Source of the DNA: Candidatus Dojkabacteria bacterium
Lineage (GTDB): Bacteria; Patescibacteriota; Dojkabacteria; B142; OLB20
Length of the DNA stretch: 57,134 nucleotides
NCBI GenBank assembly: GCA_046753765.1
Contig: JBHHUN010000007.1
Coordinates: forward strand, 1 to 57,134
Direction of reading: 5' to 3'
Each line of letters opens with the position of its first letter. Position 1 is the first letter of the stretch. Shown here piece after piece: positions 36,101 through 43,508 of the stretch. The position numbers and the translations under genes are program-made. Below the pieces are notes generated by a model, which saw nothing but the letters and a program-made list of their open reading frames with translations, ran no database searches and had not been told where the DNA came from.

Positions 36101-38336
36101 GATAGTTACCGGAAATCGTACTACCGGGATCGAGATCGAGGTTATCCATTAGTATCGTGACTCCGTATTCGGGTCCGACTTCATATGAATCAAGGCTTAA
36201 GATTGCATTGTTGGTGATTGTTATTGTTAAACCACGACAATCGAAAATGCCCTGATTTGTTGCATCAGCGACCCACGTTTGGTTTGCATCGATTATTCCA
36301 TCTGCATCGGGACACGCACCAAGTGAGGTAACAACTGCAATCGCATTCGAAAGAGCACTAACCAGTCCATCTTCACCCTTCACCTTAATGCTGTCTTCAG
36401 TATCGTACTGCATGTTAGAGATGGTTTTTATTCCCGCATCCCCGCCTGTGAAGATTACTGAAGAAGGCGTGAGGCTACCGCCCAGTACGGTTACTCCATC
36501 AAGTGCATCAACTGGTGAGAAATTTATTGTTCCTGTGTAATTAGTCTTAAGGTTGTTGTATTGGTCAAATACCTCGATTGTTACTGTGTCGAAGTTTTGA
36601 TTTATTAGAGCGACATCAGGGGCGTCAATATTAATTCTTGAAAGCACGTCGGGGTTACCACTTGAATAAAAGTCTACTGGGCTTCCATTTAGTCCTGAGC
36701 CACTTGCTCTAACTCTGTTGTTGAGGCTTCCAGCAGTTCTCCCCAGTTTATAGTTATTCTCTGCTATTCCACTGGCATCCGTTACGGAAGTTGCACCGTT
36801 CAGAAGTGTTCCCCCGCTTGCACCGTTAATTACGCTCCAACTAACAACATACCCAGGAATCGCCCCTCCTGAGCTATCTGTGACCTTAACCTTCAAAGGG
36901 TTACCAAGATTCGTAAATACCGTTCCCGACTGACTATCGCCTGAGATCAGTGAGATAGTGTCTGGCTGACCTGTAATTCGAAAATCAGTATCATTTTCTG
37001 TGTTACCACCAAAACTAGCCCAGGCACTATATCCACCATTATTGTCACGTACTCTGGCCTGCCAGTGGTAGTCCTGTAGCCGCGTTAACCCACTCACAAC
37101 GATCTTCCCACAATCTGATGTTGGCGAACTGCACAATTGAGGATTGCTCTGGTTTACAACCTGAGTATGAGTTGGCACTCCTGTAAAAGGAGTACCCAAC
37201 TGTTGTAGCTCTATCTGCATCGCCAACGTGTCGGGCAGGTCAGGGTCAATCATGTCGGTCACAAATACTACTGTTGTTTGTGTAGTCACGTCTCCGACAG
37301 GTATCTCTGTTGTTTCGTTGGATCGGAACTGTTTCAAGATGCTTGGAGTATTCGGTCTACAAGTAGGACCAATCTGGGTTCCAATCCCACCGTTCTGGGA
37401 TCCAATCCCTTGATCAACCTGCACAGTCCCGGAGAAATTATTTAGGGTGTCACAAAGCATCACAAGTCGTCCACCGCCGCCGCCGCCACCGGTGTACGTT
37501 GCCGATGTTGCATCTCCACCATTTGCCGAGACCAACCCAGCACCTGCAAATTCATCAGCTTCGATCCAAATGCTTCCTCCGGCACCACCACCACCCGATG
37601 AGTCTGTCCCAACCTGCCCGGTTTCACCGTCAGCAGTAATTTCGCCATTAATTGTGACTACGCCTGTAGAATCGATTTTTAGTGCACCACCACCTGTACC
37701 TCCAACTCCACCATCTCCACCGCTACCACCAGCACTTCCCAGTGTAACTGGAGCTTCAGTTGATCCATACGCATTTCCTGGAGTACCGGAAGGGTTACTT
37801 CCGTCCTCCGCTCCCTCTCCTCCAGCACCTCCATGTCCACCCCCTGCGCCACCTGTTGTCCCCGCACTGTCTCCTCCGTCTCCACTTGGTGATTCTGCCT
37901 CTCCTGGTAAGTACCCCTTACCCGTGGCATTAATTTTTCCTCCACTTTGGACTGTCAGGTCTTTTACTAACAACGTAACTCCCCAGTCTCCTGCCAGATC
38001 GTCGTTATCAGTAACATTTCTCTCAATTATCACTTCTCCTGTGGCTCCGATAATCAGATCAAGGCTTGCGCAGTTTACGACACCATCAACGTTATCGGGT
38101 GTTACTGTCACCTGGGTACTAATTACAGTAGGTGCAGCGGGAAGTGGGCATACACTCTCAGCGATAATTCTTCTGAATATCTGAAGATAATTTACCCCTG
38201 TAAACAGAACCGCCACTGCAACAAAAGCGAACACAGTAGAATAAATGAAGAGTTCCACACGCCTGAGGCGGCTTGTCAATCTTGGAAGCCTGTTGATTAG
38301 CGAATTGAGATTAATTCGCTTCGAGTCCTTGCTCAT
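27150..38336 (-). CDS. Giant (~3730 aa) Gly-rich repeat cell-surface protein
   Basis: Uninterrupted 11.2-kb ORF. N-terminal TM anchor, Gly-rich units, Ig/FN3-like modules, LamG domain, Pro/Thr linker, C-terminal TMs with two carboxypeptidase-regulatory-like domains. ATG at 38336 preferred over TTG at 38348. Confidence 0.92.
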   Translation of the reverse strand: MSKDSKRINLNSLINRLPRLTSRLRRVELFIYSTVFAFVAVAVLFTGVNYLQIFRRIIAESVCPLPAAPTVISTQVTVTPDNVDGVVNCASLDLIIGATGEVIIERNVTDNDDLAGDWGVTLLVKDLTVQSGGKINATGKGYLPGEAESPSGDGGDSAGTTGGAGGGHGGAGGEGAEDGSNPSGTPGNAYGSTEAPVTLGSAGGSGGDGGVGGTGGGALKIDSTGVVTINGEITADGETGQVGTDSSGGGGAGGSIWIEADEFAGAGLVSANGGDATSATYTGGGGGGGRLVMLCDTLNNFSGTVQVDQGIGSQNGGIGTQIGPTCRPNTPSILKQFRSNETTEIPVGDVTTQTTVVFVTDMIDPDLPDTLAMQIELQQLGTPFTGVPTHTQVVNQSNPQLCSSPTSDCGKIVVSGLTRLQDYHWQARVRDNNGGYSAWASFGGNTENDTDFRITGQPDTISLISGDSQSGTVFTNLGNPLKVKVTDSSGGAIPGYVVSWSVINGASGGTLLNGATSVTDASGIAENNYKLGRTAGSLNNRVRASGSGLNGSPVDFYSSGNPDVLSRINIDAPDVALINQNFDTVTIEVFDQYNNLKTNYTGTINFSPVDALDGVTVLGGSLTPSSVIFTGGDAGIKTISNMQYDTEDSIKVKGEDGLVSALSNAIAVVTSLGACPDADGIIDANQTWVADATNQGIFDCRGLTITITNNAILSLDSYEVGPEYGVTILMDNLDLDPGSTISGNYLGYGSESGPGRGIIGSKRGGGASHGGYGGTGNGASGVPYDDIKQPTQPGSGGGRGNGSFNQRRNGGPGGSAIHLEITGSATLDGVITTIGGNGSTNAHGANSGGGSGGAIWIDTDILTKTPGATTIIRANGGSGGGSGGAGAGGRIAIYARTTDDVTQDANTTIEAYTGGGSYGGAGTIYIEGPSQQSGSGLVRVDNVGRVGKRAGISGTNQTYTFENIHLTGEGDLELTDPGSTVNITSTAGLTGDGTSQLVTFGTVNGPSLTNITDSGVFIETGGTLIAANAVTVSNALITWRGTWSGIDDITLAADGDLTFYPTATQAVAGEFTFGDLNVGSSSVVTLLGDTTNNRGVTLSLDNFTLTSGGLVTADTRGYGSEAGPSPGIIGSKRGGGGGHGGYGATTNGAGGVPYDSITQPTQLGSGGGRGNGSFNQRRNGGTAGGAIKLDVSGTATIDGTITANGGNGSTNAHGANSGGGSGGSIWIEATNLTKTGGSTPIVRVNGGSGGGAGGGGAGGRIAIYASGTDAFTTDPNTTIQAYTGAGTYGGAGTYYYEGPSQVPGQGLVRVDNVGRNGGRAAISGLNQTYTFENIHLINYGHLELTDPGSTINLTSAAGLTGDANGTSQLVTYGTVNGPVLNAITNAGVFIETGGILITSSAVTVTNSLVTWRGTWQGIDDITLAADGDMIFYPTATQAVAGEFTFGDLSVSSTSVVTLLGDTTNNRGVGLNLDNLTIDSGGIISADGRGFGSESGPGPGAFGDREGGGGGHGGYGGQRVGAGGAPYDDIKQPTQLGSGGGRGGGLVGQKTSGATGAGAIKLIVAGTATIDGTITAIGNNGTTNAHGAQSGGGAGGSIWLETDILTTTAGTPLITVNGGNGYSDAGAGAGGRVAVYVHTTDDLNIDTSTVVEARSGNGTYGGAGTLYYEGPSQIPGQGKVIVDNKGRNGRRAAISGVAQTYDFENINLIGYGDLELTDPNSTINLNSTAGLTGDGTAQLVTYGIINGPPVNALSNAGVFIETGGTLITSPSVTVTNSEVTIKGTWQDIVDLTLAADGDLILYPTATGAVNGDFTFGDVTVSSTSTISFIGDTANNQGPGLLLDNFSLAEGGVVTADVRGYGSESGPGRGYMGDKEGGGGGYGGYGGQRIGAGGVPYGDFGQPTQLGSGGGRGKGSVNQQTAGATGGGAIKIIATDTVTIDGLITAVGGNGTTNAHGAQSGGGSGGSIWISADVLTKTGGTGPVINANGGNGYSDAGAGGGGRIALYAHTTDDFTFDSLSTVQARTGNGTYGGAGTLYYEGPSQTPGEGLVIVNNAGRNGRSAGISGIGETYNFEQIQLTEYGDLELTDPGSTVNLAGSTSLVGDGTSQLATFGTVNAPAISAITDAGVSIEPGGVLITASSTTVTNGLITIKGTWQNVNDLTLAADGDLTLYPTATMATDGHFTFGDLSVSGTSVVTMVGDTTNNRGPTLNLDNFALESGGVVTADAGGYGQLSGPGGGGQGDREGGGGGHGGYGGQRVGAAGSPYGSYLEPIQLGSGGGRGSGLVGVKAAGGTGGGAIGLHMIGTATIDGTITTNGTAGVSNAWGGQGGGGAGGSIWISADTLTKTPTSTPVIRANGGGGYSDAGGGAGGRIALEARLTDDFSGDPSTTLQAYGGSGTRGGPGTIYVAEGLEVGQQRGSLIIDNSGNAGAYGMSFDPTDYSFRDLTLGTNVRTRALADPLGLPSGINYPPLPAEHQLGAGPNAVLFLHMDELSAGTCLPSGDVCDSVNSNNGGNSGAVIVDGKYQKALDFNGVDSFVDLGNPAALQMTHNQTIEMWLYPRSFASRQNPYNKAYGGEGTITQELDGTLSYFYGTSGADTTPYQGFVSQAALTLNQWNHVAVVRDLDNMLLKWYINGVKTNEEAAIYPNAVVSGANALIGQGYTTNYNGLIDEFGIYDHVFGDTEIIARAFGLGTQEYQDYLDAYDAAYSVRVGRGVVFHLTGDFTLGAGALIDGIGRGFVPGDGPGAGRRGNTNSGGGGGGHGGTGGNGEDDGNGEGQAGDFYGSQREPLSIGSGGGASGPGTSGGKGGGAVAIRARRGNVDLFGTIDVSGTDGLTASPGGGGGAGGSVLIEGETCDISGDITAEGGDGGDEVFDGGGGGGGRVSILTTLGPCDVTGVVSVAQGASPGGQTGQVGTYPSVGTIPSTPTFRDQYKSDASTIIPVGGRTQEQEVVLKASMSDPGGTALTPIDLQAVFEVVLVNESFTGAQVHIGEIVAKDPSPDEGVLGITTGPIQSYTGGAAIIAQATIPALTPGESYKWRARVVNSTEGITSDWVEFGNNGSNAADFIVSTVDSLTIGVSSTSVNAGDPLTLTVTALDSFAVQDPTYTGTVTFASTSGTAVLPVNYIFNGGDAGQHVFTDELTFTEGGTYTVTVTDTINAALTATTPDITVTGPPPATPTPTPTDPGVTPTVPPGEDCSANPNTAYCQQGVDITDVVVNETDETTVEICWNTNIPTVGSIDYGLGSVGVYTDTTDIETTYSLSHCDTITDLEEAEGYLFRIIAESNAGRQGEHTDAFTTPGGELPTTEALECISVEEDDIAFNNQAQVIVNYSTAGIANCKLHYGHNEDDLPFSSASDPGVTNHTGIVELDNLDGTNDAIYNIVCNVLINDEPTDCEANGVIPVSAYRRYFPRRTTPEADILRQLALAAIPAALLFATTATIALDIFAYPRFVLFALGWIKDRKKYKTWGIVFDGTTREAIPFATVRLYSGGVFIKERVTDLNGKYGMPIDQGTYRLEVEHPDYGRFKKEIKITEKDSSVAEDVEMTIRGGNAKVRTDLRHRIRTTLLSFNTYLVYIGFVTAVIITVIAPVIFNFVIVGLYIVQFVVLKLIEGWNKRNWGYIYDTKSGSRVKGGFIRLFDIKESRQVDVQMSDDRGRYGFSPKPGQYHLSSDAPGFKFPSSQMKKGTLFRSPAGQVFAKVDARSGKAIDLALPLDPTGKGKSRVASPFG
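31110..36170 (-). repeat. Five tandem ~370-aa coding repeats inside the giant gene
   Basis: The Gly of the G[YF]G motif begins at 36098, 34988, 33872, 32765 and 31655 (periods 1110, 1116, 1107, 1110 nt). The fifth unit is partial. Boundaries approximate. Confidence 0.92.
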
Positions 38337-38427
38337 ATAACTAAACAACGAGTTGACATAAATATAGCAATATTGAAATTCGAGGGCAATGAACTTTCGA
38401 GCTATTTAGGGGACAAATCGAGATAGA

Positions 38428-39150
38428 TCAGATATTTATCCTGTCACCGAGAACAACTTCAGGTTCTATAACATACAGCTCCCAAAAAGCGAGTGTCAGA
38501 GCGAGGCTGTCACGAAGCCGAAAGTAATCAAGACCCTTGTAAAGCCTCCTGTCAGCAATAACACCAACCGAATCAACACCAAGAGCATTACACAGATACA
38601 ACGCTCTTGGAAGATGGAACTCCTGTGTTATGAGTGTTGCCCGCTCAAGGCCAAACACCTGTCTGGCTCGATAACAGGTATCGTACGTTCTGCGTCCGGC
38701 ATAATCCGGCTGCAGATCAAGTTCTCTCACCCCATGATCAATCGCAAAATCAATCATTACTTGTGGTTCGTTGTAGTCTTCGAATCTGTTGTCACCTGAC
38801 ATTATGATCTTTTGCACCTTGCCCTGATTGTAAAGATCGACTGCAGTGAGTATTCGGTCTTCAAGTATTGCACTTGGTTCTTGTGCGTAATCGGTCAGTG
38901 CTGCACCAAAGACTATTGCAACTCTATTTTCAGGTACGTTGTCACCCGGAAGGTACATATCAACTCTGAAGTTGCTAACAACCACTTGTCTAATAGTAAA
39001 AGGGATTGCAATGAAGACTACTATTGCAAATACTACAATAGCCAACAGATACTTGTAGTTGGGTTTGGGGCGAAATGAAAACCGTTTCCTCTTGCGCAGA
39101 TGCACTCCAGTTTTGCCTTTGATGTTGTAGTTTGAAAGCTGTCTGTCCAT
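38428..39150 (-). CDS. sanA: SanA/YdcF (DUF218) family protein
   Basis: IVFGA, IIMSGDN..YNEP, DYAGRRTYDTC, ITQEFHLPRA. Confidence 0.88.
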   Translation of the reverse strand: MDRQLSNYNIKGKTGVHLRKRKRFSFRPKPNYKYLLAIVVFAIVVFIAIPFTIRQVVVSNFRVDMYLPGDNVPENRVAIVFGAALTDYAQEPSAILEDRILTAVDLYNQGKVQKIIMSGDNRFEDYNEPQVMIDFAIDHGVRELDLQPDYAGRRTYDTCYRARQVFGLERATLITQEFHLPRALYLCNALGVDSVGVIADRRLYKGLDYFRLRDSLALTLAFWELYVIEPEVVLGDRINI

Positions 39151-39234
39151 TTCTAAGATATCTTATCGTATTTTAATCGATATGCTTAGCTTGCGAAACA
39201 TTTGACATACATATTATTATATATAAAAGCCAAG

Positions 39235-39717
39235 ATGCCCATGAGAGATAACAAATGGCTACAAGACAAAATGTACGAACTGTGGGAGAATTACTTTGTC
39301 GACACTCCGAGGAAAAACCGCGTACTCATCAAGTTTGGGAGAGCATCCAAGCGTCAGCTCGGTAGTATTCGCTGGGTGACCGAAAAGACAAGGGGAATGA
39401 AAGATCTTTTGAACGGCGAGAATGACCTGCAGGCAGGCAGGCAGGAATTCGACGACGAAAGAACATCCCTGATCATCATCACAAATCACTTCAAAGATAC
39501 ATCCATTCCCTATGAGGTTGTTACAGCAACAATTGCCCATGAGATGTGTCACTATACCCATGGCTTTAACTCTCCGCTACAACAGCTTTATGACCATCCA
39601 CATAAGGGCGGTGTTATTCGGAGAGAGATGGAGAGAAGAGGTCTGGGAGGACTTTATAGAACTGCGAACAAATGGCTCAAGGAGTACTGGGCGAAGTATC
39701 TACACTCAAAACACTAA
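39235..39717 (+). CDS. SprT-like Zn metalloprotease
   Basis: IKFGR...LGSI, HEMCH, HPH. The ORF-track TTG start (39202) coincides with a TTGACA box, so ATG 39235 or 39241 is preferred. Confidence 0.75.
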   Translation: MPMRDNKWLQDKMYELWENYFVDTPRKNRVLIKFGRASKRQLGSIRWVTEKTRGMKDLLNGENDLQAGRQEFDDERTSLIIITNHFKDTSIPYEVVTATIAHEMCHYTHGFNSPLQQLYDHPHKGGVIRREMERRGLGGLYRTANKWLKEYWAKYLHSKH

Positions 39718-40336
39718 CCGCGTATCCGAGGTCTCCAAGTACTAAATCGATAACTTTTACAGCATCGTCTCGTGCTTCATTAAGAATACCAAAGTCGCCA
39801 TTTACCGCACCTCGACCCTGTTTAATCAACTCCTGTCTTGCGAGGTTGAAATCCTGATTGGGATCGTTTGCAAACAAGAAGCGGAGCAATCCGTTTGTGG
39901 TTTCGACTTCTATGTCACCATTAACGGATGCACCCAGTATCTCAGCAGCCGGAAGGTCTATCTGGATTGTCCTGTTTTCGTTGTCTACTATGATCTGATC
40001 TTTCGTCAGCTTACTGTAGTCAACACCGGCATCGATCCTGACCAGCCCCTCTGCTTTTATCTCCTGACCCCACCAAAAGTTAGACCAATCTGAGCCTTTA
40101 TCGATTTTTATAGTGGCTTTCTGGTCGAGAAACACCGTTTTAGTAACAACAAATGCTTCGCTTGATATCTTTTCGACAATAACTTGAGAGGTGATCTGGC
40201 GAGCCTCCTCAGGCTTTTCCTGGATAGTTGGTCTGAATATGATTCCGCCCGCAATTACAGAGCACAGCACAAGTAACGCTCCAGATACAATTGTTGTAAG
40301 TAGTAGAAGTGGCTTTGATTTTTTTAGGTTATTCAT
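39677..40336 (-). CDS. DUF4230-like membrane-anchored protein
   Basis: N-terminal TM, then IDAGVDYSKL...IQIDLPAAEIL; its ATG overlaps the zwf stop (GATGAATAA). Confidence 0.7.
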   Translation of the reverse strand: MNNLKKSKPLLLLTTIVSGALLVLCSVIAGGIIFRPTIQEKPEEARQITSQVIVEKISSEAFVVTKTVFLDQKATIKIDKGSDWSNFWWGQEIKAEGLVRIDAGVDYSKLTKDQIIVDNENRTIQIDLPAAEILGASVNGDIEVETTNGLLRFLFANDPNQDFNLARQELIKQGRGAVNGDFGILNEARDDAVKVIDLVLGDLGYAVSVLSVDTSPSTP

Positions 40337-41741
40337 CTGCAAGTTCGTTGCTGCCTGCTGGATAAAGTATGAGGTCATCAGCGTTATTCTCCCATCTTTT
40401 CAGAATAGAATCCACGAATGTCCAAGAGGCCTTAAGCTCTTCAGTTCCCAGAAATAAGCTTCGCCTTAACCTGATTACGTCCAGCATTATTTTTTCGTAT
40501 GCGTCGGGCAAGATAGTTTGAAAGCTCTCTTTATAATTAAAAGACATATCAACCTCATCGAGTCTTTCACTCGTTGGCTTTTTAACCTGAAGCTTAAGTG
40601 TCATCCCTTCGTGTGGTTGGAGTCTAAAAATGAGTGTGTTACTGCCTTTAATACCCTTGATTGATTCGTTTGGTTTGTAATCAACAATTATGCTCGAATT
40701 TTTCTCTTTCATGCGCTTCCCCGATACAATATCCAATTCAAGGCCATCCCAGTCTCCACCACCAACTTTTGCCCTAATCTTTACAAATGTCTCTGTGTCC
40801 GAATCTTCAGAAACATCATTTTCTTCTTTGTAGCCCACAACAATCTTTCCCCCAACAACACCCTCTTTGTACTGGCCACGAATGATCTCGACAGCCCTAA
40901 GATTTTTGAGCACTTCAGTCTTTGCAGCTCTGATCTTATCGTGATCAAACTCATTTGGAAGCTGCATTAACACCAGGGCTACAAGCTGTAAGATGTGACT
41001 CTGAACCATATCCCGCAGATGTCCATAGGAATCATAGTAGCTACCTCTTGTGCCTACACCAAGTGATTCATAAACGTGTATTTTAATAGCACGAATATGC
41101 TTAACATCCCAATCATCCAGGAAGAACGGATTAGCCGCCCTGAAGTACAGTAAGTTTTGTACAGTTTCTTTACCCAGATAGTGGTCGATTCTATAGATTT
41201 GAGATTCCTCAAACACAGAGAGAACCTTCTCATTAAGAGATTTAAAGCTGGCAAGATCTCTGCCGAAGGGCTTTTCAATTACAACCCTCGTATCTTTGAC
41301 GTTCTCGCAGATCTGACTTAACTGTGTCTGTTGAAGTCCTTCGAATACTTGACCGAAAAAATCAGGACTAATTGCGAGATGGAATATCTTATGCGTGCAA
41401 ACGCCTAAACTATCGTCTATTTCGTTGAGTCTATCGGCAAGAGTCTTATAAGCCTCCATGTCTGAAAAGTCACCGCGTAGATAACTGACCCTCTTTGAAA
41501 ACCTATTCCAAGTTACCTGATCAAGGAGCCTCGGTTTCATTTTTTCGACTTCATCTTTTAGATACTTACGAAAACTCTCAGCAGTATATTCTCTTCGTGC
41601 AAAGGCGATTATCTCAAACTGTCCTGGAAGAAGCCCTTGTTTATCGAGATTGTACAAAGCGGGAATCAGCTTCCTTCTGGTGAGATCACCAGAGCCACCA
41701 AAGATAACTAGAATAGTGGGTTGATTGTTAGAAATATCCAT
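40329..41741 (-). CDS. zwf: Glucose-6-phosphate 1-dehydrogenase
   Basis: GGSGDLTRRKL, IEKPFG, YRIDHYLGKE, RDMVQSH. Confidence 0.97.
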   Translation of the reverse strand: MDISNNQPTILVIFGGSGDLTRRKLIPALYNLDKQGLLPGQFEIIAFARREYTAESFRKYLKDEVEKMKPRLLDQVTWNRFSKRVSYLRGDFSDMEAYKTLADRLNEIDDSLGVCTHKIFHLAISPDFFGQVFEGLQQTQLSQICENVKDTRVVIEKPFGRDLASFKSLNEKVLSVFEESQIYRIDHYLGKETVQNLLYFRAANPFFLDDWDVKHIRAIKIHVYESLGVGTRGSYYDSYGHLRDMVQSHILQLVALVLMQLPNEFDHDKIRAAKTEVLKNLRAVEIIRGQYKEGVVGGKIVVGYKEENDVSEDSDTETFVKIRAKVGGGDWDGLELDIVSGKRMKEKNSSIIVDYKPNESIKGIKGSNTLIFRLQPHEGMTLKLQVKKPTSERLDEVDMSFNYKESFQTILPDAYEKIMLDVIRLRRSLFLGTEELKASWTFVDSILKRWENNADDLILYPAGSNELADE

Positions 41742-41746
41742 ATTGA

Positions 41747-42682
41747 TTATCTCTGTGGTCTTTCATGTTCTGTATGCCCTCCAAACTCTGCCCGCAGGGC
41801 CGAAATGACCTTATGAATTATCTCGTCTCTCTCTCTTGACGCGTACCTCGTATAGACGGCATTCGCAATATTCGTAAAAGGAACCTCTCTTTCAAGTGCT
41901 TCCTCTACTGCCCATTTACCTGTCCCAAGTGAGCCAACCATTGTTGGGGCATTGTCAAGTTTGTTATCTTTACTAAACGCAGTGTGCATAATTCCCATTA
42001 AGTTTCCAGCAATGATGCTGCCATGGTTCCAAACATCAGTGAGTTTGGATAGATCAACATCAAATCCAGACTTATGAAGCAGGTTAAATCCTTCTCCCAT
42101 CGCCTGCATGGTAGCGTACTCTATGGCGTTATGCACCATTTTTACGTAGTGTCCAGAGCCTCTTTTCCCAAAATAGCCGTATCCGGACTCGGTAGACATG
42201 TCCGAAATAAGGTCTTCTATATATTCAAATGCACCTTTGTCACCACCAGCCATAATACAGGCACCGTTTCGTGCACCGACGATACCACCACTAACCCCAC
42301 AATCAATAAGATGAATTCCTTTTTCTAATAACTTGTCTCCCCTCCTAATGCTGTCTTTGTAATGCGAGTTAACACCATCGATAAAGATATCTCCTGAGTT
42401 TAATCTTCTGTTCTCGCTTTCATCGGATACTGTCTGTTCTATCACCTCATCTACGGGTTCCCCAGCGGCTATCATAGAGAAGAGCACCTTTCTACCCTTG
42501 AGGTTTTCTATAAGGTCCGGGATAGATTCGTACACTTTCGCACCCTCTTTCTCCACTTCGACTCGTGGCGGAGCACTTCTATTCCAGGCATGCACCTCCC
42601 AGCCTTGCTCAAGTAACCTAAAAACCATATTCTTCCCCATGTTGCCAAGCCCTATAAATCCCACCTGCTTTTTATCCATCAC
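41747..42682 (-). CDS. gnd: 6-phosphogluconate dehydrogenase, short decarboxylating type
   Basis: GLGNMG, DCGVSGG, GHYVKMVHNAIEY, ALRAEFGGH. Confidence 0.94.
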   Translation of the reverse strand: MMDKKQVGFIGLGNMGKNMVFRLLEQGWEVHAWNRSAPPRVEVEKEGAKVYESIPDLIENLKGRKVLFSMIAAGEPVDEVIEQTVSDESENRRLNSGDIFIDGVNSHYKDSIRRGDKLLEKGIHLIDCGVSGGIVGARNGACIMAGGDKGAFEYIEDLISDMSTESGYGYFGKRGSGHYVKMVHNAIEYATMQAMGEGFNLLHKSGFDVDLSKLTDVWNHGSIIAGNLMGIMHTAFSKDNKLDNAPTMVGSLGTGKWAVEEALEREVPFTNIANAVYTRYASRERDEIIHKVISALRAEFGGHTEHERPQR

Positions 42683-42695
42683 AAACTATTAAGAG

Positions 42696-43421
42696 CTAAA
42701 CTATATTTTGATCAGTATAGACATTTACGTCCTGACTGCACAAGATGAGTGCAGGACACTTGTTAATACTGGCACTCCATTCCTTATTTGGGTGCTGCCG
42801 ATTTACGTTGTGGAGCTTGAGTAGAATGTTGCGCTTCTTATCTCCAACAGCGAAAACAAACACTTCATCTGCTTTTTTTATCATCCCAGGGGTGATTGTG
42901 ATCCTTTTCGGGTGGACTGTGTCGAGCTCGTGAGCAACAGCGAGCTCATTACCGTAGAAGGTTTTACTAAACATAGATTTTGAGGCAGGGAGAATTCCAG
43001 CGATGTGACCGTCTGCCCCTATTCCAAGCATTATAATCGTGAAGTAGCTTCTTGCGAGATATTCGTTGAGCTCATCGTTAAAGTCCTGAGCCTCTTGCTG
43101 ATGCCCACCACCACTCAGGAGATTTATGAGCGAAGCTCCTCCTTTAAGTAACTGGTCATGAAATCTTGTCTCTCTGAACATCTCCCAGTCAGCGTGCATA
43201 TGCTTGGGGTCTTTGTCCCAACGCTCATCTCCCATCATTACAGTAAGATTGGAGAAATCGTCAATACTCAGGAATTCTGGAATTCGGTTATAAACTTTCT
43301 CTGCACTCCCACCAGCAAGAAGTAACAGTACTTTCCTGCCTTCTAAAAGCTTTTTAGCCAGGAGATCTGACAGGTGTTTAGCTGCCTCGATTTCAGGTTT
43401 TGAGGAGATAAGAAATTGCAT
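42696..43421 (-). CDS. pgl: 6-phosphogluconolactonase-like protein
   Basis: LAGGS, GDERW, LGIGADGHIAGILP, RITIT; first gene of pgl-gnd-zwf. Start reassigned to ATG 43421 because the ORF-track extension is the antisense tRNA. Confidence 0.82.
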   Translation of the reverse strand: MQFLISSKPEIEAAKHLSDLLAKKLLEGRKVLLLLAGGSAEKVYNRIPEFLSIDDFSNLTVMMGDERWDKDPKHMHADWEMFRETRFHDQLLKGGASLINLLSGGGHQQEAQDFNDELNEYLARSYFTIIMLGIGADGHIAGILPASKSMFSKTFYGNELAVAHELDTVHPKRITITPGMIKKADEVFVFAVGDKKRNILLKLHNVNRQHPNKEWSASINKCPALILCSQDVNVYTDQNIV

Positions 43422-43508
43422 ACCACAAGAGTAGCATAATTTGCGTTTATTACGGAACAGCAGTAGAACGAAAGAAGCTAATTTAGTAGAATCGTTTACA
43501 GATGCTGT

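Noticed and set aside
37447-38184. 245-aa Pro-rich plus-strand ORF and many similar ORFs across 27800-38200
   Set aside because: Antisense shadows of Gly (GGN) codons in the giant gene; no independent signals.
26918-38336. Giant gene as a tRNA-integrated island
   Set aside because: It lies at the 5' side of the tRNAs; no integrase or duplicated tRNA 3' end seen.
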